Shown one piece after another: positions 1-10,653 of a DNA stretch of 64,000 bases. The translations under genes were made by a program, and so were the position numbers. Position 1 is the stretch's first letter; each line of letters begins with the position of its first letter. The notes under the pieces are model-generated. The model did not search any database and was not told the origin of the DNA. It saw nothing but the letters and a program-made list of their open reading frames with translations. Source of the stretch: Candidatus Altimarinota bacterium (lineage in GTDB: Bacteria; Patescibacteriota; Gracilibacteria; UBA4473); contig OZ246423.1 in the NCBI GenBank assembly GCA_965231215.1, forward strand, positions 800,001 to 864,000, read 5' to 3'.

Positions 1-349
1 CTCTAATGCCATATTTTTGGTCATATCCAAAGTCTGCGTGAGAGGGTCGGAAAATATCTTTTATATTGTCATAATCCCTAGATTTCTGGTCTTGATTCCA
101 AACGACAACCGCGATTGAGGTTCCAGTAGTCTGGCCTTCAAAAGTACCAGAAAGGATCTCACATTGATCTTTTTCGTCTCTGGGAGTAGTAATATCACTT
201 TGTCCTGGACGTCGTCTATCGAGTTCTTTTTGAAGATCAGATTCATCCAGTTGGATCAAAGGAGGGCAGTTATCAACGATAACGCCAATGGCTTTCCCAT
301 GACTCTCCCCAAAACTGGTGATTCGAAACAAATTTCCAAAGGTATTCAT
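1..349 (-). CDS. aroC: chorismate synthase, 5' part (runs off the window start; absent from the ORF track)
   Basis: Manual translation from ATG at 349: [30 protein letters not shown]...[16 protein letters not shown]...[16 protein letters not shown]. These are the AroC signature motifs GESHG, RRPG and RPSHAD. Confidence 0.95.
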   Translation of the reverse strand, partial: MNTFGNLFRITSFGESHGKAIGVIVDNCPPLIQLDESDLQKELDRRRPGQSDITTPRDEKDQCEILSGTFEGQTTGTSIAVVVWNQDQKSRDYDNIKDIFRPSHADFGYDQKYGIR

Positions 350-455
350 GTGATTTTTGTATACAGGATTGAGGTTTAATTATCAAGTACTAAGAGTACG
401 TCATTGCTTCGTGTTTGGGCCGTAAGTTGAATCTGCCTCGCGATAACAAAGAAAC

Positions 456-490
456 AAAAAAGAGACGGCGTTTTGCCGTCTCTCTTTGTT
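456..490. terminator. intrinsic terminator downstream of the 1395-aa gene
   Basis: AAAAAAGAGACGGC-GTTTT-GCCGTCTCTCTTT hairpin with flanking A/T tracts. Confidence 0.7.
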
Positions 491-504
491 GGGATTTATA
501 GTGT

Positions 505-3500
505 TTATTGGCCTTTAGCGACCAGATCACCACCTTGTTTTGCGATACCCCTTTGTGGGTTATTATTGAACACGTCTCCAAGAACCACTTTTTTGCCTCT
601 GTGTCTCATAGAAATAAGGTTCATATGTTTTGGTCTGATTCGTGAAGGGGCTGGGTCTCTATAACTTTTTCTGGCAAACTTGTTTACGTAGTTCGCGTCG
701 TAGTTTCGTTTGGTGTAGAGTGAAGGATAGATTTTAGCTTTTTTATCATATCCCACAGGAAGATCAGTAATGATCAGTTCCATTTTTTTAGTTTCTACAC
801 GAGCTTCAGCTGGCTTGATTACCACTAATGTTTCAGAATTTTCTGAGGCTTCACTTTGGGTTACCTCTTTAATGTTTTTAAGGAGGTATTCTCCAGTGTC
901 AGTTTGTACAAGTACTTCGGTTTCATTGTCTTGGAATACGCCTTTGATGTCTCTTTGTTGTGGCGCTAGATCGCGGGTTGCAAATTCTCCAAATCGCCCG
1001 TTTCCAGTTTTTCGTCCTCGGAAGATGACGTAGTCTTTTCCAGAAAAACGTTTCATTCGATCTAGAGCGAGTCGGCCTTTTTGGTATCCAGCAAATACCG
1101 TGTATCCATTAAAGTTGACGTATTGGTGTACTCGATAGCTGAATCCTTTGTTTAGAAGTTTGGCAAATTTCATACTTTCTTCGTACGTAGTAAATTCCCC
1201 AGCTACACGATCGGCTCTAGAAATCCCAGGAGCAAAACCAGTGTTAGCGCCCCCGAGGGGTTTTCGAGTTCCTACTCGGTTAGAACCGGAAGCAAAAGTG
1301 CTGCTTACAGAACTGGCTGAATTAGTCGTATCGGTTATAGATTGAATTTTTCCAGCCCCGGTAATGGTGAAAGTATTATTCGTATTCTTGAGGATGACGA
1401 CATTTGGATTATTACTGGTAACACCAGTGATTTGACCAGTACTAGTTACCGTAATACTTCCATCTGGGTTTTGCGTAAAGAGAGGGTCTCCAGATTTACT
1501 AGTAGCCGTTACTTGGGTGATAAGGGTTTTAGTACCAGCAACGAAAGTCGTATCAGTAGTAATAGTCGTTCCTTGTCTTCCGGTTTGTACATCACCGTCT
1601 TTTACGTGTAGAAGTTGAATATTTGAATTAACGCTGGTGGTAGTCACTACTAGATCATCTTTAGCAATGTAGTAGTTTGGCGTTTTAATAGCATCAATCT
1701 TATAGGTAGTATTTGGGGCTATAACGGTAGAATATTTTCCATTTGTATCGGTAATTCCTGTACAAATGTCTTGGTTAGGGAGGTGGCAGATACTACCGAA
1801 TGGGGCGATAATATTTACAAAAGTTCCACTTATAGGCAGGCCAGTATCCTGGTCTGTTACGGTTCCTGTAGCGGTAATTCCATATTTTTGAGTATAGAGT
1901 AGTTGCTGGGGACTCGTATTTCCAGCTTTATCGGTTGTCTGCATTCGGAGTTCGTAAGCCGTAAGGTCTGGAATCACGATAGCCGGAACAAAAGCGCGCG
2001 TAGTTACCGTTTGAGTTTCATCGATAGCTAAGGCTGGGTTTTGATAGTGTACCGTATAGCTTTGAATGCCTGAAACCGGCGTTCCTCCCCTTGGGTCTGT
2101 ATCGTTTGTCCAGCGGTAAGAGGCTTGTTCAAACGGTTTGAATCCAGTAGTTTCAGCTCCTCCTAGATCGACCACATCCGTGGGGTTAGTGGGTTTCTTT
2201 TTATCAAAGATTACTTGAGACGTATCGGTTACCGTGGTTACGGCAAATTCATTTCCGGTAGAGGCGGCATTACTGGTGTTATCATAAATAGTGAAACTAA
2301 AGGGGACAACGCCTTCAGGGTCTCCCGCATCGGTAGTCACTTCTGCACGCCAGGTTCGGAAAACCCCAGTCCCAGATGCAGGAGTAGTACAGGTGCCACC
2401 ACTACTAAGTCCTTGGTCAGTAAAAGTAGCGACATTGCCCAAAATAGTGCCTGTATGCGCAATTGTCGGAGTGGAGCTATTTGAATCTACATAGTCACAG
2501 ACATCCATTTCTACTCGAACTGTATCGCCTCCCTTTGCGTAGTAGGTAGGGGCGTCTCCGGTAAAAGCGGAATTGTCGCTACTTATAGCGCTAATAGTTA
2601 CGCTTTGAACCAACGGATCGGTTCGATCAAATTGCACTTGAGAGCCATCGGTTGTAGTGGTAATAAGACGACTCACATTCCCAGCACTATCTTGCACAGT
2701 GAATTCAAAGGGGACCACCGTTTCAGTGGTTTCTGAACCATCAGTAAACCGAGTAAGAGTTTGCCCCGCCGCTACGATAGTTACATTTGGGGTAGCGGGC
2801 CGCCCTAAAATAGTAGGAGCTGGTGTGCCCATAGAAGCTCTAGTACTAAGGTTATCGGCTACAGTGAAGGTAAGGGTGATTGTATCGTTGGTTTTGGCTA
2901 GAGTGGTATCTCGGCCATTGTTTGAGGCAATAGAAACCACAGGCACAGTTGGAGCCGTGTTATCAATAGTAACAGAACTCGTATTGGTGGTTGCAGTTAC
3001 CTGTGTCCCAGAGTTTCCAGCTCTATCTTCGAAATCAATAGTAAAGTTTGCCACGCCTTCTGGATCAGTATCAGATACAGTAATACTAGCGGTGTAACTA
3101 GTACAAGATGACCCACTACAACCAGGCGTTACCGTTGCCGTTTTCCCCGCAATGGTGGCGGTTGTTTGAAAATTCTTGAGAACTTCACTAGCGGTAAAGC
3201 TAAGGGTGATTGTATCCCCTGTTTTTGCCCATTGGGGATCATTAGCATTGTCTGAAGCGATACTTACCGATGTAAGGGTTGGAGTGATAGTATCGGCTGT
3301 AAGCGTATTGCTGGCACTACCTCCTGTAATTGGGGCTAGGCTGGTAATGGTGGTTGCATTACCGGCGGCATCAGTAATATCGAAATTAACCGTAGGAGTC
3401 ACTAAACCATTATCCCCATTCTGCACTGTAAAAACTAGTGTATCGGTACTCGCGCTTGCCGCATCTACTTCTGTCATAAGTGTAGAAGCATTAGCGGCTG

Positions 3501-4692
3501 TGCTAGCTGTATTTACAGCCGTCACTGTTACATTTTCATTAAAGGTAATGGTGTAAGTTACAGTGTTTCCGGCTTTTACAAATCCTGGCCATGCAGGAGT
3601 TCCGTTCCCAGCCTGAACCGTTCCAGTAATACTGGGGGGAGTGACATCAATATTTAAATCATTCGCGCTTGTCGCATAAGAAATATTCCCAATCGTGTCT
3701 TCAGCCTTGGCACAGATAAAGTTTTGGTTGTTAGTTTCAGTGTTAATCGTGAAAGGCGTACCCGAAGTAAAGCTATGCCCATAAGTATCAGTTGCATCAC
3801 AGATGGCATCAGCACTAAATCCATACTCAAAAGTAGCCGTATTGGCATTAATATCGGTAACGGTAATAGAAATATCATCGCTCTGAACCGGCCCTGGAGC
3901 TACATCATCAGTAAAAGAAAGAACCGGCATACCCGTGTCCACGGTTAGGTTTGGAGTTGGTGCTCCGGGGAGGAATCCTACAAGAGCGTTTCCAGCTTTA
4001 TCAGTAAAGTTGAGGGAATCAATATTGAGAATGCCGTTGCTTCCAGCCACAACGGTGAATGAACGACTTCCTGCAGTTTTGGTAGTGGTTCCGCTTGTAC
4101 TTACAAAAGCCGATGGCAAGGGGGTTGAAGCGCCAGCTCCAATACTATAATTTAGTGTATTTCCTTGAGCCCAAGTATCGGCAGCCGCCAGAGTCAAAGT
4201 AAAGGTGACACTATCGCCTGTTTTAGCTATAGTATTTGTGGCGTTGTTGGATACAGCCCCAATATTGAGAAGCGTTGGAGCCTGTGTATCTATCATGATT
4301 TTACTATCAAAAGGAAAACTGGGTAACCCCGAAATATTGGTTAACCCTGTGTTTTTAAACGTAATACCTGTAATAGCGACGATTCCATTTTCGCCTCCTG
4401 GCACAAGTGCTGTGGCTGTGTGAGTCAATCCTAATGGGCTTGCAGGGATAGAGGCGTCTGGTTGTGCTACACCACCAATGGTATAGCTTATAGTTCCTCC
4501 GACGGAGTCATCTGCGGCTTGAAGAGTCAGCGTGAAAGTAAGGATGTCACCAGACTTGGCGTAGCTAGCTGGAGTTACCGCATTATTAGAACTTACGGCC
4601 AAACTATGGTAGGTAGCGGCCGAAACTAAATCAGCCGAAAACAAACCTAGGCCTAATAGGATTGTGAAAAATAAAGGCTTTATGAATCGCAT
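505..4692 (-). CDS. large secreted surface protein with tandem Ig-like repeats
   Basis: Signal peptide; repeated D-x-T-x-P-T...S-I-A-S-N-N...AK(T/S)GD(T/S)(I/V)T(L/F)(S/T)(F/L)T units; Thr/Ser-rich; carboxypeptidase-regulatory-like segment (GTVTDQDTGLPISG); basic C-terminus. Confidence 0.8.
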   Translation of the reverse strand: MRFIKPLFFTILLGLGLFSADLVSAATYHSLAVSSNNAVTPASYAKSGDILTFTLTLQAADDSVGGTISYTIGGVAQPDASIPASPLGLTHTATALVPGGENGIVAITGITFKNTGLTNISGLPSFPFDSKIMIDTQAPTLLNIGAVSNNATNTIAKTGDSVTFTLTLAAADTWAQGNTLNYSIGAGASTPLPSAFVSTSGTTTKTAGSRSFTVVAGSNGILNIDSLNFTDKAGNALVGFLPGAPTPNLTVDTGMPVLSFTDDVAPGPVQSDDISITVTDINANTATFEYGFSADAICDATDTYGHSFTSGTPFTINTETNNQNFICAKAEDTIGNISYATSANDLNIDVTPPSITGTVQAGNGTPAWPGFVKAGNTVTYTITFNENVTVTAVNTASTAANASTLMTEVDAASASTDTLVFTVQNGDNGLVTPTVNFDITDAAGNATTITSLAPITGGSASNTLTADTITPTLTSVSIASDNANDPQWAKTGDTITLSFTASEVLKNFQTTATIAGKTATVTPGCSGSSCTSYTASITVSDTDPEGVANFTIDFEDRAGNSGTQVTATTNTSSVTIDNTAPTVPVVSIASNNGRDTTLAKTNDTITLTFTVADNLSTRASMGTPAPTILGRPATPNVTIVAAGQTLTRFTDGSETTETVVPFEFTVQDSAGNVSRLITTTTDGSQVQFDRTDPLVQSVTISAISSDNSAFTGDAPTYYAKGGDTVRVEMDVCDYVDSNSSTPTIAHTGTILGNVATFTDQGLSSGGTCTTPASGTGVFRTWRAEVTTDAGDPEGVVPFSFTIYDNTSNAASTGNEFAVTTVTDTSQVIFDKKKPTNPTDVVDLGGAETTGFKPFEQASYRWTNDTDPRGGTPVSGIQSYTVHYQNPALAIDETQTVTTRAFVPAIVIPDLTAYELRMQTTDKAGNTSPQQLLYTQKYGITATGTVTDQDTGLPISGTFVNIIAPFGSICHLPNQDICTGITDTNGKYSTVIAPNTTYKIDAIKTPNYYIAKDDLVVTTTSVNSNIQLLHVKDGDVQTGRQGTTITTDTTFVAGTKTLITQVTATSKSGDPLFTQNPDGSITVTSTGQITGVTSNNPNVVILKNTNNTFTITGAGKIQSITDTTNSASSVSSTFASGSNRVGTRKPLGGANTGFAPGISRADRVAGEFTTYEESMKFAKLLNKGFSYRVHQYVNFNGYTVFAGYQKGRLALDRMKRFSGKDYVIFRGRKTGNGRFGEFATRDLAPQQRDIKGVFQDNETEVLVQTDTGEYLLKNIKEVTQSEASENSETLVVIKPAEARVETKKMELIITDLPVGYDKKAKIYPSLYTKRNYDANYVNKFARKSYRDPAPSRIRPKHMNLISMRHRGKKVVLGDVFNNNPQRGIAKQGGDLVAKGQ

Positions 4693-4879
4693 AATTATTT
4701 AAATAAAAATATTTTGTTGGCAGGTCGGCTTCTAAAGGATTTTTCGACTCTTGTCAATTACTTAATATTATTTTAATATAAAACTCGATCAAAAAATGTA
4801 CTCGTGTGTATGATTTGTACACAACAAAAATACCCGAGGTTTATTTCGAGTATTTAGTTTGGGGCTTTGAATCCCAGTT

Positions 4880-5452
4880 TTAGTTTATTGCGTACACATT
4901 GAGTAGACCATTATCATCTCTATCAGTAATTCTAGAAGTGGTTACTTGGAATTGGTCTAGTTTGGCCTGAAGGTTCGCTTGCTTTTTAGCATCGTTGGCT
5001 CGTTTCAAGGCCAAAGCTCCATAAACATCCTGTTTAGCTCGAGCGTATCCGGCGAGGGCTGGGTTGTGTGGTGCTCGAGCAGTTTTTTTGGTTTCTACCT
5101 TTTCCACTGCTGTTTCATCGTTCAAGTCTGGAAGTTGAGCGTAATTTACCACTCCTTCACCTTCATCAAGCGGTTGATCGTTGAGCAAACCGTGAGTGTA
5201 TTTGAATTGTGGTTCGAGATCTAGGTTTTCAAATTCAGCAAACTTAATAGATTTATTACCTCTGAATTTCACTTGTTTTCGGATTCTTTGATAATTTAGA
5301 ACTTCTTGAGGCACCATCACTTCAGAATAAACAATTCGGTTTTTACTAAGGTCAGTAACGTTTTCATCTAAGGTGTTTGTAGCTTCCTGGAAAGCGTTAA
5401 CAGGACTTCCGATAAAAAGAGCACATAAAATAATGGATAGTAATTTTTGCAT
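4880..5452 (-). CDS. secreted hypothetical protein sharing a motif with the C-terminus of the neighbouring 1395-aa protein
   Basis: 190-aa ORF with signal peptide; FRGNKSIKFAEFENLDLEPQ motif. Confidence 0.7.
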   Translation of the reverse strand: MQKLLSIILCALFIGSPVNAFQEATNTLDENVTDLSKNRIVYSEVMVPQEVLNYQRIRKQVKFRGNKSIKFAEFENLDLEPQFKYTHGLLNDQPLDEGEGVVNYAQLPDLNDETAVEKVETKKTARAPHNPALAGYARAKQDVYGALALKRANDAKKQANLQAKLDQFQVTTSRITDRDDNGLLNVYAIN

Positions 5453-5533
5453 AATTTTGGAAATAATAATTTGTAGGTGATACTTATTTACAAACTTAAA
5501 CTCCTTTTGTCAAAGAAATACCGATAAACTTAT

Positions 5534-7867
5534 CTATTCGGGTCTGCCAAAAATTTCTCGAGGTTTAGAGCCTTTAGCCGGGCCCACTATGCCTCTAGAT
5601 TCCATCTGATCCAATAACCTAGCAGCGCGAGCATAGCCAACTTCTAATCTTCTTTGGAGGAAGCTGGCAGAGGCTTTATCGGTTTCTAGTACCAACTCCA
5701 CAGCTTCGTTAAATAGATCATCCAAATCACTATCACTGACTTCATTCACGCCAGCGGTGAGCACGCCTCCTTTGGCCATGCCTTCAATAGATTGATTGGT
5801 AATTTCGTCATTAGCGACCATTTCAGGAAATTGGAGTTTTATGTGGTTTGTTACGCGTTCTACTTCTTGAGTGCTCACATACAGCCCTTGGATTCTGGTA
5901 AGTTCCCCAGAATTTCCATCCATGTATAGCATATCTCCCATTCCCAGTAGGTCTTCGGCTCCAATGCCATCAATAATGGTTCGAGAGTCAATTCCAGAAG
6001 AAACACGGAAAGCGATACGAGCCGGCAAATTGGCCTTGATAAGCCCCGTTACGACATCTACAGAAGGTCTTTGGGTGGCTACAATCAGATGCATCCCAAC
6101 CGCCCGAGCCATTTGGGCGATTCTACAGATAGCGGCTTCTACATCTTTACCGGCTACCATCATGAGATCGGCCAGTTCATCTACGACCACCACAATGAAA
6201 GGCTCTTTTTGGTCTGGGAATTTTTCATTGTGTTCAGCGATGTTTCGGCAGCGTTTGGCCGCAAAATCTTTGTAACGGCGGTTCATCTCGGCGACGGCCC
6301 AAGCCAGAGCAGAAACTGATTTTTCCGGTTCGGTAATAACCGGGGTCAAGAGGTGTGGGAGGTGATTGTAGGGCTCTAGCTCTACGCGTTTTGGATCAAT
6401 CAAAATCATGCGTAGACTCTCTGGGGAATTATTCCATAGCAGTGAAACCAAGAACGCATTCATCGCTACCGATTTCCCAGAACCGGTTTTCCCCGCAATC
6501 AGTAAGTGCGGCATCTTGGCTAAATCAGCGACAATCGGTTTCCCGGCTACATCACGGCCAACAGATAATTTAAGATTAGAGGTTTGTTTGTCCCAGTGTT
6601 CAGATTCCAATATTTCTCGCATGCCAACCGTGGCTCGTTTTTCATTCGGGATTTCAATACCTACGAGTTTTTTACCTCGGATTGGGGCCTCGATCCGTAC
6701 ATTTTCGGCGGCAAGTGCTAAGGCTAAATCGGGTTTGAGGGCTGTAATTTTGTTCAGTTTTACTCCAGCAGCAGGTTCCAGGGTAAATTGCGTAACGGTT
6801 GGCCCTACATGCACTGAACGCATGGTTACTTCAATACCAAATTGATCGAGTTTTTCTCTAATAGCTTCAGCTTTTTGTCTGAGGCGTTTCTCGTCTACCA
6901 CAATGGTTGAAGGTTTATCTTCAAGGAGATCGAAGTGAGGGGCTTCCCAGGCCCCAAATTTTCTGTCTTTCGCCTCAGAAAGCTGATCAGCTTCTGTTTT
7001 TTTGCGGATCTCAATAGAGGTTTTTTCAAATTTAGCTTTGGATGTTTTTTTCTCAGAAGCTTCTTCCCTCTGAGGTTTCATTGAGTCAATAATTTCTACC
7101 TCGTTTTCAAAGTGACGGCGTTCAGATTTAGGGGGCTCTTTTTCAGCTTTTTTGGAGTGAGTTTTTTCAGTGGTTTTTGAAGTCACTTTTACCTCGTCCT
7201 GGGTTTCTTTTGGAGTGATGATATCCTTAATTTTTATGCCAAAAGCGACAACCCCAGTAAGCCAGAAGATGGCCATAAGCATCACTGCTGCCACCAGGTC
7301 TCCTAAAAATTCTCGTGGAAAAAACCCAACGGCAAAACCCAAAGCGCCACCGTAGTTTTTGGCCAGACTTAAACTTTCATCATGGCCTATCATCAGATTT
7401 AGAAGTCCACAGATACAGGCGAAAAAAATCAAAAAGGCAAACACTCTAGGAGCTGGGAAGTGTATGTCTTTACGCCAAAACAGAATACCTCCCAGTGCAA
7501 TACATCCAAGAGGGACTAACCATCTAGCTGAACCAAACAGCTGTCTAAAAAATTCAAAGTTAAGCCACTGGGCTAGCGGCGCTTTACTAAAGAAGATAGC
7601 TAATATTACAAGCCCCGCACAAATCCAAAGAGAGCCAATGATTTCACGTACAAAGTGATCATCAAAAAAGTTTTTAATGACCTCTTTTTCGACTTTTTGA
7701 GCTTCTACCTTTTTGGCGGCTTTTTCTTTGGCTTTAAGTTTTATAACTTTTTTTTGTTCTTTTTTGCGTTCAGCCGCAATCATCTGGCGAGCGGCTTTTT
7801 GGGCTTCTCGTTTTAGAACGCTGCTGGGGATTTTTACACTTGGAGCCTTTTTCTTACGGCTAAACAT
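5534..7867 (-). CDS. ftsK: DNA translocase FtsK/SpoIIIE
   Basis: N-terminal TM domain, MPHLLIAGKTGSGKS Walker A, VVDELADLMM, ATQRPSVDV, C-terminal gamma domain (ASASFLQRRLEVGYARAARLLDQME). Confidence 0.97.
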   Translation of the reverse strand: MFSRKKKAPSVKIPSSVLKREAQKAARQMIAAERKKEQKKVIKLKAKEKAAKKVEAQKVEKEVIKNFFDDHFVREIIGSLWICAGLVILAIFFSKAPLAQWLNFEFFRQLFGSARWLVPLGCIALGGILFWRKDIHFPAPRVFAFLIFFACICGLLNLMIGHDESLSLAKNYGGALGFAVGFFPREFLGDLVAAVMLMAIFWLTGVVAFGIKIKDIITPKETQDEVKVTSKTTEKTHSKKAEKEPPKSERRHFENEVEIIDSMKPQREEASEKKTSKAKFEKTSIEIRKKTEADQLSEAKDRKFGAWEAPHFDLLEDKPSTIVVDEKRLRQKAEAIREKLDQFGIEVTMRSVHVGPTVTQFTLEPAAGVKLNKITALKPDLALALAAENVRIEAPIRGKKLVGIEIPNEKRATVGMREILESEHWDKQTSNLKLSVGRDVAGKPIVADLAKMPHLLIAGKTGSGKSVAMNAFLVSLLWNNSPESLRMILIDPKRVELEPYNHLPHLLTPVITEPEKSVSALAWAVAEMNRRYKDFAAKRCRNIAEHNEKFPDQKEPFIVVVVDELADLMMVAGKDVEAAICRIAQMARAVGMHLIVATQRPSVDVVTGLIKANLPARIAFRVSSGIDSRTIIDGIGAEDLLGMGDMLYMDGNSGELTRIQGLYVSTQEVERVTNHIKLQFPEMVANDEITNQSIEGMAKGGVLTAGVNEVSDSDLDDLFNEAVELVLETDKASASFLQRRLEVGYARAARLLDQMESRGIVGPAKGSKPREIFGRPE

Positions 7868-7977
7868 CAAGCTTATTGTAGATCAAAAAATGTGTTCGTC
7901 AAATGATAAATTGTGGTTATTTATATACTAAATAAACTTCATGTTTTGTCTCTTTTAGGGTATAATCAATTGAACTT

Positions 7978-8580
7978 ATGAATTTGATAAATACGGATTC
8001 ACCAACAATGGAATTAGCTTATGCAAAAGCTGATTCCGTCGCCTTTCAGCTTTTAAATGGAGATACGACCTTAGAGCATTTTAAACCTCATTTTTTGGCC
8101 GTTGAAGGAGAGGCTGCTACAGAGAAAAAAGCAGAAGCAACCTTTCAAGCACAAGCGCATAAGTTAGGGAAGCTTTTTGGAAACTTGTCTCATCAGCTCA
8201 TTACTGGAACTTGTAGAATTTATGCTATTGAAATTAAGATGGCCTTGGTTGAGGAAGGCCTTAGCTGTAGAGTTTTGAAAGATAGAGAGGGGCATTATTG
8301 CCTTCAATTAGCACAAGACCATGATTTAATTTTATTTGACCCTTTTAATAGCTATTTGTTAAAGCAAGCACGTGAAAATCTTTCGGATCCAGGGACATAC
8401 TTAGACTTTTTAAAACACATAGTTACAGAAGAGTTAAATCCTCGGACTATAGCGCGTGTAATGTTTCATGTGAGACCTGATGGGTTTGAGGATTATCTTG
8501 GTACAGTAGCAATAGATACAGAAACACTAAGACAGGTTAAAATTTTAGATAACGAACTTGTTAGGTTCTCATCTTTTTAA
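7978..8580 (+). CDS. hypothetical protein
   Basis: 200-aa ATG ORF filling the gap between ftsK and mutY, with TATAAT just upstream. Confidence 0.65.
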   Translation: MNLINTDSPTMELAYAKADSVAFQLLNGDTTLEHFKPHFLAVEGEAATEKKAEATFQAQAHKLGKLFGNLSHQLITGTCRIYAIEIKMALVEEGLSCRVLKDREGHYCLQLAQDHDLILFDPFNSYLLKQARENLSDPGTYLDFLKHIVTEELNPRTIARVMFHVRPDGFEDYLGTVAIDTETLRQVKILDNELVRFSSF

Positions 8581-9622
8581 GTGTTTCTAGCGCTTTGGCA
8601 TTGGTTTTTAAAAAATTGATTTTGTGAAAATCCTCAGGACTTACCCAGTTGAGTTCTTGGTTCTCTAAAGGTTTTGGGGTGCCAGATTGGATCTGACATC
8701 GATGAAATCTCAAGAGAAGGTTTTTCCCTTTAAACTTGTGGGTTTGTTCAAAAAAGTGAGGACGAACCGAAATTTTTGTCCCGACTTCTTCCATAATTTC
8801 ACGTTTAACACATTCTCGAAAACTTTCTCCTGGTTCACGTTTGCCGCCAGGAAATTCCCAAAATCCAACAAAGCTTTTGCCCTCTGGTCGAGACTGAATT
8901 AAATACTTACCGTCTTTATGAATACAGGCGACTCCTACTTCTATCGTAAATACTTTTTTTCTAGGATTGTTTTTAAGTTTTGGGTTTTTGCGTTTAGGTT
9001 TGAATTTTTCAACTACTGCTGGTGGGAAAAAAGTTTCCCCCAAGGGTCCTTCAATCACTTTGCCAGCCCGGAGTTCTGTCGCCAAATCCATCATAGCGGA
9101 GTTCCAAACATATCCCGAACTAGCAGGGGCAATAAGGGCTTCTGCAGCTTCTACAACATTGACCTTGGGCCAAAGAGTAAGAATAATTTTAGAAATATTG
9201 GTATCTACGGCCGGGAGCCGATGGCCAAGAGCAAAGCTCAAAATAGCATGAGCTGTATACTTCCCAATGCCAGGAAGTTGCTCAAGTAGTTCTGGAGATT
9301 CAGGAAATTTTCCGTTGTATTTTTCCACTATAATTTTAGCGGTTTTCTGCATATTTTTACCTCGGTTGTAATATCCAAGGCCCTCCCAAACAGGATAGAC
9401 TTCTTTTTCCCAGTCAGCTTTTGCAAAGGCCTCAAGGGTAGGGAAAGCCTCCAAAAATCTTGGAAAAAATTTTTCAGCTACACGATCAATCTGGGTTTGA
9501 TGTGACATAATCTCTGATATCCAAACGTGATAAGGATCGCGAGAATGTCGCCAAGGAAAATCACGAGCATTAGAGGCAAACCAAAGCTCTAGGCTTTCAG
9601 TAAATTTTTGATAGTTTTTCAT
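8561..9622 (-). CDS. mutY: A/G-specific adenine glycosylase MutY with C-terminal MutT-like Nudix domain
   Basis: RDFPWR, PYHVWISEIMSHQT, WEGLGYYNR, HhH LPGIGKYTA, VDTN; C-terminal WEFPGGKREPGESFRECVKREIMEEVG Nudix box. Confidence 0.9.
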   Translation of the reverse strand: MKNYQKFTESLELWFASNARDFPWRHSRDPYHVWISEIMSHQTQIDRVAEKFFPRFLEAFPTLEAFAKADWEKEVYPVWEGLGYYNRGKNMQKTAKIIVEKYNGKFPESPELLEQLPGIGKYTAHAILSFALGHRLPAVDTNISKIILTLWPKVNVVEAAEALIAPASSGYVWNSAMMDLATELRAGKVIEGPLGETFFPPAVVEKFKPKRKNPKLKNNPRKKVFTIEVGVACIHKDGKYLIQSRPEGKSFVGFWEFPGGKREPGESFRECVKREIMEEVGTKISVRPHFFEQTHKFKGKNLLLRFHRCQIQSGTPKPLENQELNWVSPEDFHKINFLKTNAKALETLKKMRT

Positions 9623-9696
9623 AAGTAGCAAAACCCCTTAAAGAGGCGCAAAGTATTCATCTCTATTTCTACCTAAAAAGTGTATTGAGATCAAAT

Positions 9697-10650
9697 CTAA
9701 CTGTTTATTCCTGGAAGGACAACAAATCGGACAATAGTCCAAGCAGAGAAGGCGAGAACAATGCCGATCAGTACATAAATAAAGATCTTTTTAGCTTTGT
9801 TTACCGCTTCTTCGTTTCCGAAGTTAGCGATCATAAGTATTCCGGCCCAGACCAGCGCTACCACTGCAAAGAACGCCACAAATCCAAGAAGTATGTTAGT
9901 CCATTTAGCAAACTCAACATTAAGGAACACAAGATTAATGCCTTGCAGTTGTCCGCTTTGGTTAAACCCAAAGAAGATGTCTACAATAGTGTAAGCGAGG
10001 AACATAAGCGTGATCCCTAGGACAGAAAAAATAATACCTCGAATAGCTTTTGATCGGTTTTCTTCGTTTCCACCAGAAAAGATAAGCCTGACTCCAGAAA
10101 GTACGAGGTAAAGCACCGCTAAAGCAATAGCAAACGAGGTAATAAAATTAATAAATCCGTTAATTTCAGATCGGGCAATAACTCCGAATTGAACGACATC
10201 TCCGGTTTGCATGATCTCTCCTTGAGTGCCAAAGAACATTTTATCGACAATGGTAAAACTAGCGACAAGCAGTCCAAAACCCACCGCCATCCAGACTACC
10301 TGACGTACCCGGTTTTTAAACTGTTCTTCGTTATTTCTGTTAAGTAAAAGCACCAAGGCGCCCCAAGATAGAAATACAATTCCAATGGGGATGAAAAATC
10401 TTTCAATAAATCTTATAACCGCTGTTATAATATTTCTAATATAATAAGCTCCTGGGTTACTAATGTTTGGGTTTGGATTTATGTTGTCTTGAAGCCCGGT
10501 GTAGTCTTGTACATTTTCGTTATTAAGAATCAGCTCGCTATTAAACACAAAGTTTGGATTTGGAGTGATAGCCGATTGAGCTTCTGCAACTTCGCTTCCC
10601 AGCCCTAGAACTGAAAGTATAAAAGCGAAGCTGAGGATTATTTTTTTCAT
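9697..10650 (-). CDS. membrane protein with three tandem VirB2/TrbC-like (T4SS pilin) repeats
   Basis: Signal peptide plus three G-x-x-(L/M)-x-x-x-x-NEE-x(4)-(K/A)...TM hairpin repeats. Confidence 0.75.
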   Translation of the reverse strand: MKKIILSFAFILSVLGLGSEVAEAQSAITPNPNFVFNSELILNNENVQDYTGLQDNINPNPNISNPGAYYIRNIITAVIRFIERFFIPIGIVFLSWGALVLLLNRNNEEQFKNRVRQVVWMAVGFGLLVASFTIVDKMFFGTQGEIMQTGDVVQFGVIARSEINGFINFITSFAIALAVLYLVLSGVRLIFSGGNEENRSKAIRGIIFSVLGITLMFLAYTIVDIFFGFNQSGQLQGINLVFLNVEFAKWTNILLGFVAFFAVVALVWAGILMIANFGNEEAVNKAKKIFIYVLIGIVLAFSAWTIVRFVVLPGINS

Positions 10651-10653
10651 TTT

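Noticed and set aside
770-4423. Many plus-strand ORFs opposite the 1395-aa gene (and similar shadows over ftsK, gyrA, clpC and the giant protein)
   Set aside because: Antisense shadow frames of real genes with no recognisable motifs.
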